Origin: Parachlamydiales bacterium
Lineage (GTDB): Bacteria; Chlamydiota; Chlamydiia; Chlamydiales; Rhabdochlamydiaceae
Length of the DNA stretch: 64,000 bases
Direction: 5' to 3'
NCBI GenBank assembly: GCA_963705295.1
Contig: OY970065.1
Coordinates: forward strand, 1,632,001-1,696,000
Positions 1 to 12,586 of the stretch are shown here, in pieces. The number at the start of each line of letters is the position of its first letter. Position 1 is the stretch's first letter. The position numbers and the translations under genes were made by a program. The notes beneath the pieces were generated by a model. The model was not told where the DNA came from, did not search any database, and saw only the letters and a list, made by a program, of their open reading frames with translations.

Positions 1-125
1 ATCTGGCTGATCTTGTTCAAAAAGGGGCTTTAGTGAAAACGGGAGAACTTCGTCATACACGTTATTGGCTCAATCTTTTTAACGAGAGAGAGGTTGAAAG
101 AGGATGGAAAGATAATAGTGAGTGA
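1..125 (+). CDS. 3' end of a Fic-family protein with a C-terminal winged helix (partial, begins before the window)
   Basis: Frame from nt 3 reads LADLVQKGALVKTGELRHTRYWLNLFNEREVERGWKDNSE*, matching the (RD)LxDLVxKGAL..TGELRHTRY C-terminus typical of DUF4172-Fic proteins. The catalytic motif is not in the window. Confidence 0.6.
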   Translation, partial: LADLVQKGALVKTGELRHTRYWLNLFNEREVERGWKDNSE

Positions 126-2844
126 AAAGAGATTGTTTTTGGCGTTGAGTGAGCCACTGATAAGCAGGATCGAACTGTTTGATCCTCTCAAAGCAGGGCA
201 AAATCTTATCGAATTCTTTTCGATAAAAAGCTGTTTCTGAAAGATTATAGTAGATACGGACGCTCTCTTCAGTTTTGCCCTGCTCTTGGAGCATATCGGC
301 CAGTTTACAGCCACTTTCAAATTCTTGAAATTTCTCATACGCACTCCGATAGACTCTCTCTGCTTCTGCAAATTTCTTTTCCCTCTCGTAAATATCCCCC
401 AGTCTCCGTGCGGTATCTTTAAAGTGGTTCTCGTAGGTTGCGCTCTGAGAATAAAGCTCCGTAAAGATCGTGAAAAGCCGTTCTAAAAATGACGATTTTT
501 CTCCTATTTTTTCAACGGCTTCGTTAAGGACGTTTATCCCGTAAGAATGATGATTTTTTTTAGTGCAGAGATTGCTCCAATCTAGGTAGACTTTTTCTGC
601 TTTTTCAAGCTCCTTACTTTGTAAAAGGGCGGAGACATACCGTCTAAAATCGCCGAATTGCTCGCTACGAAGCGCTTTCCGCAGATAGATGAGCGCTTTC
701 TCTTTCTCAGAGATGGCGGCAAGGGTTCGATAGATTTCTAACCGTTCTTGGGTTTGATTTTTGTTCAGATGGCTGAGATAAGCTAGATGGACGAGAGGGT
801 TATCAGAGGCACTCTGCCGAGCTTTCTCTAAGAATTCTTTGGCTTTTTCAGGCTGTGTAGAAAAAAGATGTAGAAAGGCCATGAGATAAAGAGTGATTTT
901 CCTCTCTGGGTCATAAAAAGGAAGAAGTTTCTCATAGGTTTCGATACTGCTGGGGTCGCACATCAGTGCGTGTTCTAAATAATAAATCGTTTCATCTCTT
1001 TTCAAGTCTGGTTTTTGGGCGAGTTCTTGGTAGAGAGAAAAAGCCGATACATTATCCCCTCGCATCTGGCAGAAAGCGGCATAGGCTTCTTTGATCCCAG
1101 GTGGGGCTTTGGTATAGAGATTCAACTGTAGAATTTTTTCAAAAGTCGCATCAACTTGATCCAACTTTCCTTCATGAAACTGGCATTTAGCCAAGTGGAG
1201 ATAGGCCAAGGAGGCTTTAAGGGTGTCCTTGCGTTGTTCAAAGAGTGGAGGAATCACTGCATAGTCTTCACTTCGATTGGTAAATCTCATTGCTTTTTTA
1301 AAAAGATCTAGAGCTCCCCCAAGATCCCCTTTAGCCGCTAGCGCTTTCCCTGCCTCAATGCAATTGAGTGCAGTATTAATATCGTTATTCAATAGAGGAT
1401 GTATAGGCGACGGAATGGGACAATTATTTCTCGCCTCCTCCGCAAGCTGTTTTACTGTCCAATTCTCTTTAAGATCATAAATGGATGTTCGGCAAAGCGG
1501 GCATAATTGATGACCTTGCAAGTGGCTTTCAATAGCGCTTTTTTCAAAAGTATGCCCGCAATTAGCAATGCGTGGTTCGCGGAAAAGAGCCCGAGTTATA
1601 GGACAGACAAGATTTTCAGGATCATCAGCACCTTCTTCGGCAAGCTGGGCTTGCATCTGTCCAATGGCTCGGTCGCAGAAGGCCAAAACTTGAACTCCAT
1701 CGACCTTTTCCGAAGAAGCATGTAAGGGCAATTTCCATAATTTGACGGTTTTATCCGATACAGTGGCTAATATTTCTCCGGGAAGGGAGGCTAAAGAATG
1801 AACGGGGCTGTCATGTTCCAGAGTTGTTATACACTCATCCTTCCTCAATAATTTGACCGTATGGTCGTCAGATAGAATCGCTAGGATCCCAAAATCATGC
1901 AAAAGTGCTAAACCCTTAACTCTATGCGACCCAAGGGAATGTACCCCTCCAGCAGGGTTACATACCAAGATTAGATTATCTATAGCACTGATCAATATCC
2001 CATTTGGAAGATCAACAATTCGTTTTGGAATGGCTATCATAATTCCGTTGGTAACAGCTTGAAGGGTACGCACAAATTCTCCTTTGGAGAAATCCCATAT
2101 TTTAATGGTACGATCCTCGGATGCGCTAGCCAATAACTCCCCAGGAAGCTTTGCAAGACTTTTTACAACAGCTGTGTGTCCCTTCAGTGTGAAGCGGCAT
2201 GTCCCAGAGGAAAGGTCCCAGATCTCGATATCGGAGTGGTTACTCATGGCCAGCAGTTTACCGGAAAGAGGTTCAAGAACTAAGGGAGATGAGGGATTTA
2301 TATCTATCTTTTTAAGGCACTCTCCCGTAGAAGAGTTCCATAAGGTGATACGACCCCTTCCTGCACCTACCAATGTTCCATCGGGAAAATGGGTTAAAGA
2401 GCTTACGTTAGCCCCATCATATGATAATGTGCGAAGACACGTCTTTGTAGAAAGATCCCATAGTCTAATCCACATACCATCGGCTGAAGCTAGAATTCGT
2501 GTGGAAAGGAGTGTTATAGCATGAATAGGAAACGGAAGATCTAAAGTCTGAGAGGAAATCGGGGACCCAAGAGAAGGGATGAAGACGATCTCTTTTCCTC
2601 GAAGAGAGGGTATAAAATCGTTTTTAAGAAGCCAGCGGAGGGTCTTCTTATGGGTAAGGCGGGACTCCTGAGGAATCACAGAAATGTTAAAAGAGTCTGG
2701 TCTAATGGGAAATTCAGTTGTTGTCTGGTTAGAAAAGGTACAGACCTCTGCTGAATCTTCTTTGAAAGAGAACTGTTGTTCATGGGTTAAATAGTGAGCT
2801 AAAAAAGGGGAAATACCTTTACAAATGCTCATTTTGTCCTCCAA
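79..2844 (-). CDS. WD40-repeat / U-box(RING)-like / TPR-repeat protein, putative secreted E3 ubiquitin ligase effector
   Basis: WD40 repeats (LKGHTAVVKSLA...LASASEDRTIKIWD), U-box/RING motif PENLVCPITRALFREPRIANCGHTFEKSAIESHLQGHQLCPLCR, and a helical TPR-like C-terminal half. Confidence 0.85.
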   Translation of the reverse strand: MEDKMSICKGISPFLAHYLTHEQQFSFKEDSAEVCTFSNQTTTEFPIRPDSFNISVIPQESRLTHKKTLRWLLKNDFIPSLRGKEIVFIPSLGSPISSQTLDLPFPIHAITLLSTRILASADGMWIRLWDLSTKTCLRTLSYDGANVSSLTHFPDGTLVGAGRGRITLWNSSTGECLKKIDINPSSPLVLEPLSGKLLAMSNHSDIEIWDLSSGTCRFTLKGHTAVVKSLAKLPGELLASASEDRTIKIWDFSKGEFVRTLQAVTNGIMIAIPKRIVDLPNGILISAIDNLILVCNPAGGVHSLGSHRVKGLALLHDFGILAILSDDHTVKLLRKDECITTLEHDSPVHSLASLPGEILATVSDKTVKLWKLPLHASSEKVDGVQVLAFCDRAIGQMQAQLAEEGADDPENLVCPITRALFREPRIANCGHTFEKSAIESHLQGHQLCPLCRTSIYDLKENWTVKQLAEEARNNCPIPSPIHPLLNNDINTALNCIEAGKALAAKGDLGGALDLFKKAMRFTNRSEDYAVIPPLFEQRKDTLKASLAYLHLAKCQFHEGKLDQVDATFEKILQLNLYTKAPPGIKEAYAAFCQMRGDNVSAFSLYQELAQKPDLKRDETIYYLEHALMCDPSSIETYEKLLPFYDPERKITLYLMAFLHLFSTQPEKAKEFLEKARQSASDNPLVHLAYLSHLNKNQTQERLEIYRTLAAISEKEKALIYLRKALRSEQFGDFRRYVSALLQSKELEKAEKVYLDWSNLCTKKNHHSYGINVLNEAVEKIGEKSSFLERLFTIFTELYSQSATYENHFKDTARRLGDIYEREKKFAEAERVYRSAYEKFQEFESGCKLADMLQEQGKTEESVRIYYNLSETAFYRKEFDKILPCFERIKQFDPAYQWLTQRQKQSLFTHYYLSILFQPLSR

Positions 2845-2853
2845 AATAAACTT

Positions 2854-5658
2854 TCACAGCGTTTCTTCCTGCTGAGCAAAAAGGGTTGCAATATAGTTTT
2901 GGGTGAAAAGAAACTGTTTTTGTTCTTCGGTGAGCGACTTATAATCACGATCGAACTGTTTGACTTTCTCGAAGCATTTCAAAATCTTATCGAATTCTTT
3001 TTGATAAAAAGCAGCTTCGGAAAGGTTGTAGTAGATGCGGACGCTTTCAGAGGTTTTACTCTGCTCTTGGAGCATGTCTGCCAGTTTACAACCGCTTTCA
3101 AATTCTTTAAACTTCTCATAGCTACTCCGATAGACTCTCTCTGCTTCTGCATATTTCTTTTCCCTCTCGTAAATACTACCTAGAGTGCGGACGGTATCTT
3201 TAAAGCGGGTTTCATAACTTGCTTTCTCGGCTTGCAACTCTGTAAAGATGGTGAAGAGTCGTTCAAAAAATGGGGAGTTTTCTCCTATCTGTTCTATCGC
3301 TTCGTCAAGGACGGCTATCCCTTCATCATAAGAACGTTTTTTTATGAGGAGATCACTCCAATCAAGATAGACTTTCTCTGCTTTTTGAAGCTCATCATTT
3401 TGTAAAAGAGCAGAGACATACCGTTCAAAATCGGAGGATTGCTCGCTACGGACCGCTTTTCGCAGATAGATGAGCGCTTCTTCTTTCTCAGTGATGTCGG
3501 CAACCGTCCGATAGATTTCTAACCGTTCTTCGGTTTGAGTTTTATTCAGTCGGCTAAGATAAGCTAGGTGGACGAGAGGGTTATCAGAGGCACTCTGCCT
3601 AGCTTTCTCTAAGAATTCTTTGGCTTTTTCAGGGTTTGTGGAAAAAAGGTGTAAAAAAGCAACGAGACAGAAGTGGACTGTTCTCTCTGGGTCATAAAAA
3701 GGAAGAAGTTTCTCATAAGTTTCAACATGGTGAGGGTTGCACATCAATGCGTGTTCCAAATAAAAGATAACTTTGTTTTTTGGATGTTCTCCTGAATATC
3801 TTCTTCGATTTCGGCGACATTGTGCAAGTGGGACCTGGGCAAGCTCTTGATAGAGAGAAAAAGCTGCCTCATGATCGCCTAACATCTGGAGGAAAAATGC
3901 ATAGGCTACTTGCATATCCGATCTCAGAGTTTCAGAAAGTTTTAACTGGAAAATTTTTTCAAAGGTTGCTTTAACTTCAACAAACTTCTCTTCACGAAGC
4001 TGGCATTTTGCCAGGTGTAAATAGGCTAAAGAGGTTTTAAGAGGGTTGTTTTGCTTTTCAAAGAGAGTGGTAATCGCTGCATAGTCTTCACTTCGACGGG
4101 TGAATTTCAGTGCACTCCGGAAACAATCTAAAGCCCCCAGGATTTCGCCTTTAGCTGCCAATGCTTTTCCTGCCTCTATGCAACTGGTTGCAAGGGTTAT
4201 ATCGGGAATCAGTAGATAAGGAGGCGCTGGAACGGGGCAATGATTCCTTGCAGCTTCCGCAAGCTCTTTCACTTTATAGTTAACGACGAGAGTCTTAATA
4301 TCGTTCCCGCAGTTGGGAATTGGACATGTTCCTTGAGTGTTCATGTGCTCGTCGATAGCGCTTTTTTCAAAAGTGTGTCCGCAGTCAGTGATATAGGGAT
4401 CTTGAAAAAGGGTTTTGGCTAGAGGACAGACGAGGTCTTGGGGGGCATCCGTGCTTTCTTCGGCAAGCTGAACTTGTGCTTGTCTTATGGCCAAGTCGAA
4501 CTGGGACAAGACTTGAACGCTACTGATGCGATTAGAAAAGGTTTTCAATTGCCATAATTTGACGGTTTTATCCCCACATGTCGTAGCTAATAGTTCTCCG
4601 GAGCAAGCTAAAGAAAGAACCGGTCTATCGTGTTGCAGTGTCTTGATACACTCACCTGTATGAAGGTCCCACAATTTGACACTCTTGTCATTAGATGCAC
4701 TGATGAGAATCTCTTTGGGAAAATAGGCAAAACTATTCACGGTATCCGTATGCCCTTTTAGTGTGCGTACAAGCTCTCCTGTAGCCGAGTTCCATAGGCT
4801 GATCGAATGATCTGTGCCTCCACTGGCTAATAATCCATTAGGAAGGGATATCATCGTTCCATTGGTATCAGCTTGAAAGGTACGCACCTGTGCTCCTTTG
4901 GAGGCGTCCCATATTTTAATGGTACGATCTTCGGATGCGCTGGCTAATAAATCCCCGGGAAGTCCCGCAAGACTTTTTATACGACCTGTATGTCCCTGAA
5001 GGTTACACTGGTGTACAGAAAAGCCCGCATATATCGAGATTTTGTTGTTATTGTATGTGTAAGTACCATCTACTAGTGCAAATTTATAATTAGAAAGAGG
5101 TGCGATAACAGTAGTAGATAGATTTTGATATTGGAGCTGTTTGCCTGTTGAAGAGTTCCACCTGATAACATAACCCCCTCCCGCACTTAACAATGTTCCA
5201 TCGGAAAAATAGGCTAAAGAGTTTACACCATTGTGTTGTAGCGTGTGAAGGAGGTTGCCTGTAGAAGGATTCCATACTGTAATGTTAGAGCCATTAGCCG
5301 TGGCTAGGATTTCTGGGGAAGGAGCTGTGATTCTTTGAACAGAAGAGAGATTATCCAAAGTCCGACAGGGAGAAGCCGTGGTTTGAAAAGAAGGAGTAAA
5401 AACGATCTCTTTTCCTTGAAGAGTGGGAATAAAACCGTTTCTAAGAAGCCAGCGGATCGTCTTTTTATGGCTGAGGCGAGACTCTGGAGGAATGAGCGGC
5501 AAGTCAAAAGAATCAGGGGTGATGGCAACGTCGGTTTTCTTTTGGCTAGAAAGATCGCAAACTTCCGCGGAATCTTCTGTATCGACTCTAAAAGAGAACC
5601 TTTTTTCATAAGTTAAATAGTGAGCTATAAAAGGGAAAACACCTTTACAAATGGTCAT
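2854..5658 (-). CDS. WD40-repeat / U-box(RING)-like / TPR-repeat protein, tandem paralog of 79..2844
   Basis: WD40 repeats (LKGHTDTVNSFA...LISASNDKSVKLWD), U-box PQDLVCPLAKTLFQDPYITDCGHTFEKSAIDEHMNTQGTCPIPNC, and a C-terminus closely matching the neighbour. Confidence 0.85.
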   Translation of the reverse strand: MTICKGVFPFIAHYLTYEKRFSFRVDTEDSAEVCDLSSQKKTDVAITPDSFDLPLIPPESRLSHKKTIRWLLRNGFIPTLQGKEIVFTPSFQTTASPCRTLDNLSSVQRITAPSPEILATANGSNITVWNPSTGNLLHTLQHNGVNSLAYFSDGTLLSAGGGYVIRWNSSTGKQLQYQNLSTTVIAPLSNYKFALVDGTYTYNNNKISIYAGFSVHQCNLQGHTGRIKSLAGLPGDLLASASEDRTIKIWDASKGAQVRTFQADTNGTMISLPNGLLASGGTDHSISLWNSATGELVRTLKGHTDTVNSFAYFPKEILISASNDKSVKLWDLHTGECIKTLQHDRPVLSLACSGELLATTCGDKTVKLWQLKTFSNRISSVQVLSQFDLAIRQAQVQLAEESTDAPQDLVCPLAKTLFQDPYITDCGHTFEKSAIDEHMNTQGTCPIPNCGNDIKTLVVNYKVKELAEAARNHCPVPAPPYLLIPDITLATSCIEAGKALAAKGEILGALDCFRSALKFTRRSEDYAAITTLFEKQNNPLKTSLAYLHLAKCQLREEKFVEVKATFEKIFQLKLSETLRSDMQVAYAFFLQMLGDHEAAFSLYQELAQVPLAQCRRNRRRYSGEHPKNKVIFYLEHALMCNPHHVETYEKLLPFYDPERTVHFCLVAFLHLFSTNPEKAKEFLEKARQSASDNPLVHLAYLSRLNKTQTEERLEIYRTVADITEKEEALIYLRKAVRSEQSSDFERYVSALLQNDELQKAEKVYLDWSDLLIKKRSYDEGIAVLDEAIEQIGENSPFFERLFTIFTELQAEKASYETRFKDTVRTLGSIYEREKKYAEAERVYRSSYEKFKEFESGCKLADMLQEQSKTSESVRIYYNLSEAAFYQKEFDKILKCFEKVKQFDRDYKSLTEEQKQFLFTQNYIATLFAQQEETL

Positions 5659-5722
5659 GTTAACCTCTAGTTGGAACGATGATACAAAGATTTAACTCTT
5701 TTTTGGGAGTTTGAGTAAACGC

Positions 5723-5921
5723 TTATTAACCCGATACGCAAAAAAGAGACAAGATGCGTAAGCGAACCCCTGTCAGATCGAAGCGTCAGCGGTCCGACCG
5801 ACGAGGACCCCATCGATAGGTTAGGGCGGTAGGCTAGGCCGAGAAGGAGGATCGATCTGCCCCTATCTGACAGGGGGGTGTAGCCAGCAGGTTGACTCTT
5901 TTTTGCGTGGAGGGTTAATAA
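5723..5921. mobile_element. Palindromic MITE-like element with imperfect terminal inverted repeats
   Basis: TTATTAACCC-GAT-ACGCAAAAAAGAG (from 5723) pairs with CTCTTTTTTGCGT-GGA-GGGTTAATAA (to 5921). Nested inner repeat CCCCTGTCAGAT (5767-5778) / ATCTGACAGGGG (5865-5876). No transposase. Confidence 0.6.
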
Positions 5922-5924
5922 ATT

Positions 5925-6728
5925 TTACCTGAGAAAAAAGTGTTCTAGGACGGTTTTTAATTTGACGTGGTGGTGGAGGGCCAGGCGGGCCTGGGTGAGG
6001 AGGGGGATGGCTTTTTCGAGGTTGAGAGGGTCGTGCTCTCGGATGTGGTAGAGAATTTCTTCGAAGAGGTGGTTGGTTTCTTCGGGAGAGAGGTCGTCGT
6101 CGATTTTGTCGAGATAGTGATGGAGCTCGGAGTAGGTTTTGCAGTGGAAGAGTTCGTGTATGGGAAAGTGGGAGGGGTGCTCGGTGAGGTAGAGGGCTTT
6201 GGAGATGGAGCCTTGGGATAGGAGGGCGATTTTTTTGCCGAAGTGGGTGAGCTGTTCGTCGAAGAGAGGGAAAAACGGGATTTTGAAGCAGCGGGAAGTG
6301 ATGGTGGGCAGGAGAAGAGAGGGCTGACTGGAGAGAAGGATGAAGTGGGTGCGCGGGGGTGGCTCTTCGAGGGTTTTGAGGAGGGCATTACTGCTGGTGG
6401 GGAGCATCTTTTCGGCATCGTGGATGATGAAAAATTTCACAGGGGCTTCAAACGGTGGAAGGGAGGCTTCTTGGATGAGCTCGCGGATGGTCGAGACGGG
6501 ATGTTGTTCATCTAGGGGAAATAACAGATGGAGATCGGGATGGTCTTTTTTGGTTTTTCCGAAGAGAGCGTGGGCAATTTCAAGGGCGAAGTGGCCTTTG
6601 CCAATACCGTCAGGACCATGGAAAAGAAGAACGGGAGGCAAGCTAGGGAGAAGCTTGGTTAGAATCGCTTTGGCTTTTTCATTGCCAATAAGGCTGGAGA
6701 ATAAGTTCGGCTTGTTTGTAGACATCAT
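5925..6728 (-). CDS. holB: DNA polymerase III subunit delta'
   Basis: GPDGIGK Walker A-like motif, HPDL, NALLKTLEEPP, LLPTITSRC; lies downstream of tmk. Start codon uncertain (ORF open to 6782). Confidence 0.9.
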   Translation of the reverse strand: MMSTNKPNLFSSLIGNEKAKAILTKLLPSLPPVLLFHGPDGIGKGHFALEIAHALFGKTKKDHPDLHLLFPLDEQHPVSTIRELIQEASLPPFEAPVKFFIIHDAEKMLPTSSNALLKTLEEPPPRTHFILLSSQPSLLLPTITSRCFKIPFFPLFDEQLTHFGKKIALLSQGSISKALYLTEHPSHFPIHELFHCKTYSELHHYLDKIDDDLSPEETNHLFEEILYHIREHDPLNLEKAIPLLTQARLALHHHVKLKTVLEHFFLR

Positions 6729-7284
6729 CGGGGGGTTGTGAGGCATCGAGAATATGAAACCGTTTAGGCTCTTTTTTTGCAATCTGTAGAAACGCTTCGC
6801 GGATTTTTTGATGGAACTGCAAGTCTTGCTGTTCGATCCGATCTTTCGACCGCTGCACCCGTTTTAGACCGTCGAGTGGATCGATATCGAGATAGAGAGT
6901 GAGATCGGCTTCGAGATGATCCGTGGCAAAAAGACACAGTTTGTGGACCCAATCGAGACCAAACCCACGAGCCCCTCCTTGATAGGCAATGGTCGAGTCG
7001 TTGAACCGGTCACAAAGGACAATCTTATCTTTCTCTAAAGCAGGTCTGATAATCTCATCAACGTGTTGCGCCCTGTCGGCCAAAAACAGGAAAAGTTCGC
7101 AGCGAGACGAGATATCTTTTTCATCCCGGTGGAGTAGCAAATGACGGATGAGATCGCCGGTCATGGTGCCACCTGGAGCACGGGTGAGCAAAACGTCCTT
7201 TTTCCGGCTTAAAAACTTCTCATTAACTTTTTGGATGAGGGTGCTTTTTCCAGCACCCTCCCCACCTTCAAATGTTATAAACAC
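6679..7284 (-). CDS. tmk: Thymidylate kinase
   Basis: FITFEGGEGAGKST, VLCDRFNDSTIAYQG. Confidence 0.97.
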   Translation of the reverse strand: MFITFEGGEGAGKSTLIQKVNEKFLSRKKDVLLTRAPGGTMTGDLIRHLLLHRDEKDISSRCELFLFLADRAQHVDEIIRPALEKDKIVLCDRFNDSTIAYQGGARGFGLDWVHKLCLFATDHLEADLTLYLDIDPLDGLKRVQRSKDRIEQQDLQFHQKIREAFLQIAKKEPKRFHILDASQPPDDVYKQAELILQPYWQ

Positions 7285-9728
7285 TATTTTCCTGAGATGT
7301 CTTCGATTTTTTGCACTGCAACGACGATGTCATCTTCGGGGAGGTTCACGAGTCGAACGCCTTGGGTTGAGCGGCCCATGACACGGACATCTTTCATCGA
7401 CATGCGGAGGGTTTGTCCTTGTTTTGACATCATGACCACGCCATCTCGATCGGTGACGGAAAGTGCTGCGACGACGAGACCGTTACGCTGACTGGTGATG
7501 ATAGAACGGACTCCGACGCCGCCTCGGTTGGTTTGGCGGAAATCACTGACATTCGACCGTTTCCCATACCCTTTTTCGCAGACGATGAGAACGTTATGAT
7601 CGGGTGTTACGACTTCGCACGAAACAACATAATCGGACTCATTCTTGAGCATCACGCCGCGAACGCCGCGAGCAACACGGCCGATAGCGCGGATGAGGCT
7701 TTCATCAAATCGTACGGCCATTCCGTTGCGGGTAAAGAGCATGATCTGCTCCCCTGCACGGACAACGCGAGCTGCGATGACTTCATCCCCATCATCGATG
7801 TTAATCGCATAGACACCTTTTTTGCGGAGGGAACTGAATTCAGAGAGGAGAGTCTTCTTGACAACGCCCTTTTTGGTGGCGAGTAAAATCGATCCTGGCT
7901 CGTCGAAGCTACGGACGCGAAGAACGGTGGCAATTTTCTCGCCAGGCTGAATATCTTCGAGCAGATTGATGAGCGGTTTTCCTTTGGAGCGACGGCCTGT
8001 TTCTGGGATCTGCCACACTTTGAGCCAATAACATCTGCCGAGGCTAGTGAAAATCATGAGATATTCGTGCGTCGAAGCGACATAGATATCTTTCAGGGTG
8101 TCGGTTTCTCGTTTCATATCCATTCCGACAATGCCGTGACCACCGCGCCGTTGTTCACGGAATGTATCGATCGGCATCCGTTTGATGTAATCGTCTTCAG
8201 AGATGGTGATGATCACAGGCTCATCGGGAATGATATCCTCGATTTGGAACTCCCCTTCTGCTGCAACGACTTTGGTTTTTCGCTCGCCTTTGTGTTGTTT
8301 GCGGAGATGTTCGAGTTCTTCCTTGATGATGCCACGGACGAGATGCTCGCTGGCAAGAACGGCTCGGTAATGGGCGATTTTTTGTTGGAGATCGGCATAT
8401 TCTTCTTCGATTTTGCCACGCTCGAGTCCGGTGAGTTGATAGAGACGGAGATCGAGAACAGCATTGGCTTGTCTTTCGGTGAGAGCATAGTGCTCCATGA
8501 GCTGGACGCGTGCCGTATCGCGGCTATCGCTCTGACGGATCAGGCGGACGACAGCATCTAAATGATCGAGGGCTTTGAGATAACCTTCTAAGATGTGGGC
8601 CCTGGCTTCGGCTTTGGTGAGTTCAAAACGGGTCCGTCTTCGAATGACCTCGATCCGGTGGTCGATCCATGCAGAGATCATCTGCTTGATATTCATGGTG
8701 CGGGGCATGCCTTTATCTAAGGCAAGCATGTTGCAACCAAAGGTGATCTGCATGTCGGTGAATTTGTACAGCTGGTTGATCACGACATCGGGAATTTCAC
8801 CCCGTTTGAGTTCGAGTACAATTCTCATTCCATCTTTGTCCGACTCGTCGCGGATATCAGAAATGCCAGGGATGGTTTTTTCATTGATGAGTTCAGCAAT
8901 TCTTTGGATGAGGAGCGATTTATTGACGTTGTAAGGGATTTCATCGATGGCGAGCCATTGTCGGTCGCCGTCCTTATCTTCGATGTGGATGACGCCGCGC
9001 AGGATAATCTTGCCGCGCCCTGTATGGTACGCTTCTTTGATTCCTCTGTAGCCGCAGATCACGCCCCCTGTTGGAAAATCAGGAGCGGGCATGACTTGGA
9101 CGATTTCATCGATCGTTGTCGCTGGATTATCGATCACCATAATCGTTGCTGTGATGAGCTCTTCTAAATTGTGAGGGGGGATGTTGGTCGCCATACCGAC
9201 GGCAATTCCAGAAGATCCATTGCAAAGCAGATTGGGAAATTTTGAAGGAAAAACGGTCGGCTCGGTTTTGGTTTCGTCGTAGTTGGGAACGAGTTCGACG
9301 GTATCTTTTTCCAAGTCTTCCATGAGCGCAATGGCTGCGTGGGTCAAACGGGCTTCTGTATAACGCATCGCGGCTGGAGGGTCGCCATCGACCGAACCAA
9401 AGTTACCTTGTCCATCGACAAGCTCGTACCGCATCAGCCAATCTTGGCCCATACGGACGAGGGTCGGATAGATAACCGTCTCACCGTGCGGATGGTAATC
9501 TCCTGAGGTATCACCGCAAATTTTGGCGCATTTTCGGTGTTTGGCTCCAGGTGTCAGATTGAGTTGTCTCATTGCATAGAGAATGCGACGCTGGGACGGT
9601 TTTAGACCGTCGCGGACATCGGGAAGAGCCCGTGAAATAATCACAGACATCGAGTACCGGAGATAACTCTCCTTCACTTCTTCTTCTACATTGCGTGGAA
9701 CAATCATTTGATCTTTCGGATAGTCCAT
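7284..9728 (-). CDS. gyrA: DNA gyrase subunit A
   Basis: [26 protein letters not shown] catalytic Tyr, GyrA-box-like QRRGGHG, C-terminal beta-pinwheel repeats. Confidence 0.97.
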   Translation of the reverse strand: MDYPKDQMIVPRNVEEEVKESYLRYSMSVIISRALPDVRDGLKPSQRRILYAMRQLNLTPGAKHRKCAKICGDTSGDYHPHGETVIYPTLVRMGQDWLMRYELVDGQGNFGSVDGDPPAAMRYTEARLTHAAIALMEDLEKDTVELVPNYDETKTEPTVFPSKFPNLLCNGSSGIAVGMATNIPPHNLEELITATIMVIDNPATTIDEIVQVMPAPDFPTGGVICGYRGIKEAYHTGRGKIILRGVIHIEDKDGDRQWLAIDEIPYNVNKSLLIQRIAELINEKTIPGISDIRDESDKDGMRIVLELKRGEIPDVVINQLYKFTDMQITFGCNMLALDKGMPRTMNIKQMISAWIDHRIEVIRRRTRFELTKAEARAHILEGYLKALDHLDAVVRLIRQSDSRDTARVQLMEHYALTERQANAVLDLRLYQLTGLERGKIEEEYADLQQKIAHYRAVLASEHLVRGIIKEELEHLRKQHKGERKTKVVAAEGEFQIEDIIPDEPVIITISEDDYIKRMPIDTFREQRRGGHGIVGMDMKRETDTLKDIYVASTHEYLMIFTSLGRCYWLKVWQIPETGRRSKGKPLINLLEDIQPGEKIATVLRVRSFDEPGSILLATKKGVVKKTLLSEFSSLRKKGVYAINIDDGDEVIAARVVRAGEQIMLFTRNGMAVRFDESLIRAIGRVARGVRGVMLKNESDYVVSCEVVTPDHNVLIVCEKGYGKRSNVSDFRQTNRGGVGVRSIITSQRNGLVVAALSVTDRDGVVMMSKQGQTLRMSMKDVRVMGRSTQGVRLVNLPEDDIVVAVQKIEDISGK

Positions 9729-9735
9729 AAATTCC

Positions 9736-12574
<2,839 letters not shown>

Positions 12575-12586
12575 TATCGCAACGTG

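Noticed and set aside
5957..6418. Ser/Pro/Thr-rich 153-aa ORF, and similar ORFs at 32530-32895 and 48197-48430
   Set aside because: Alternate frames of holB, menE and the PP2C gene. The low complexity is a by-product of the C-rich 3' ends, not mucin-like proteins.
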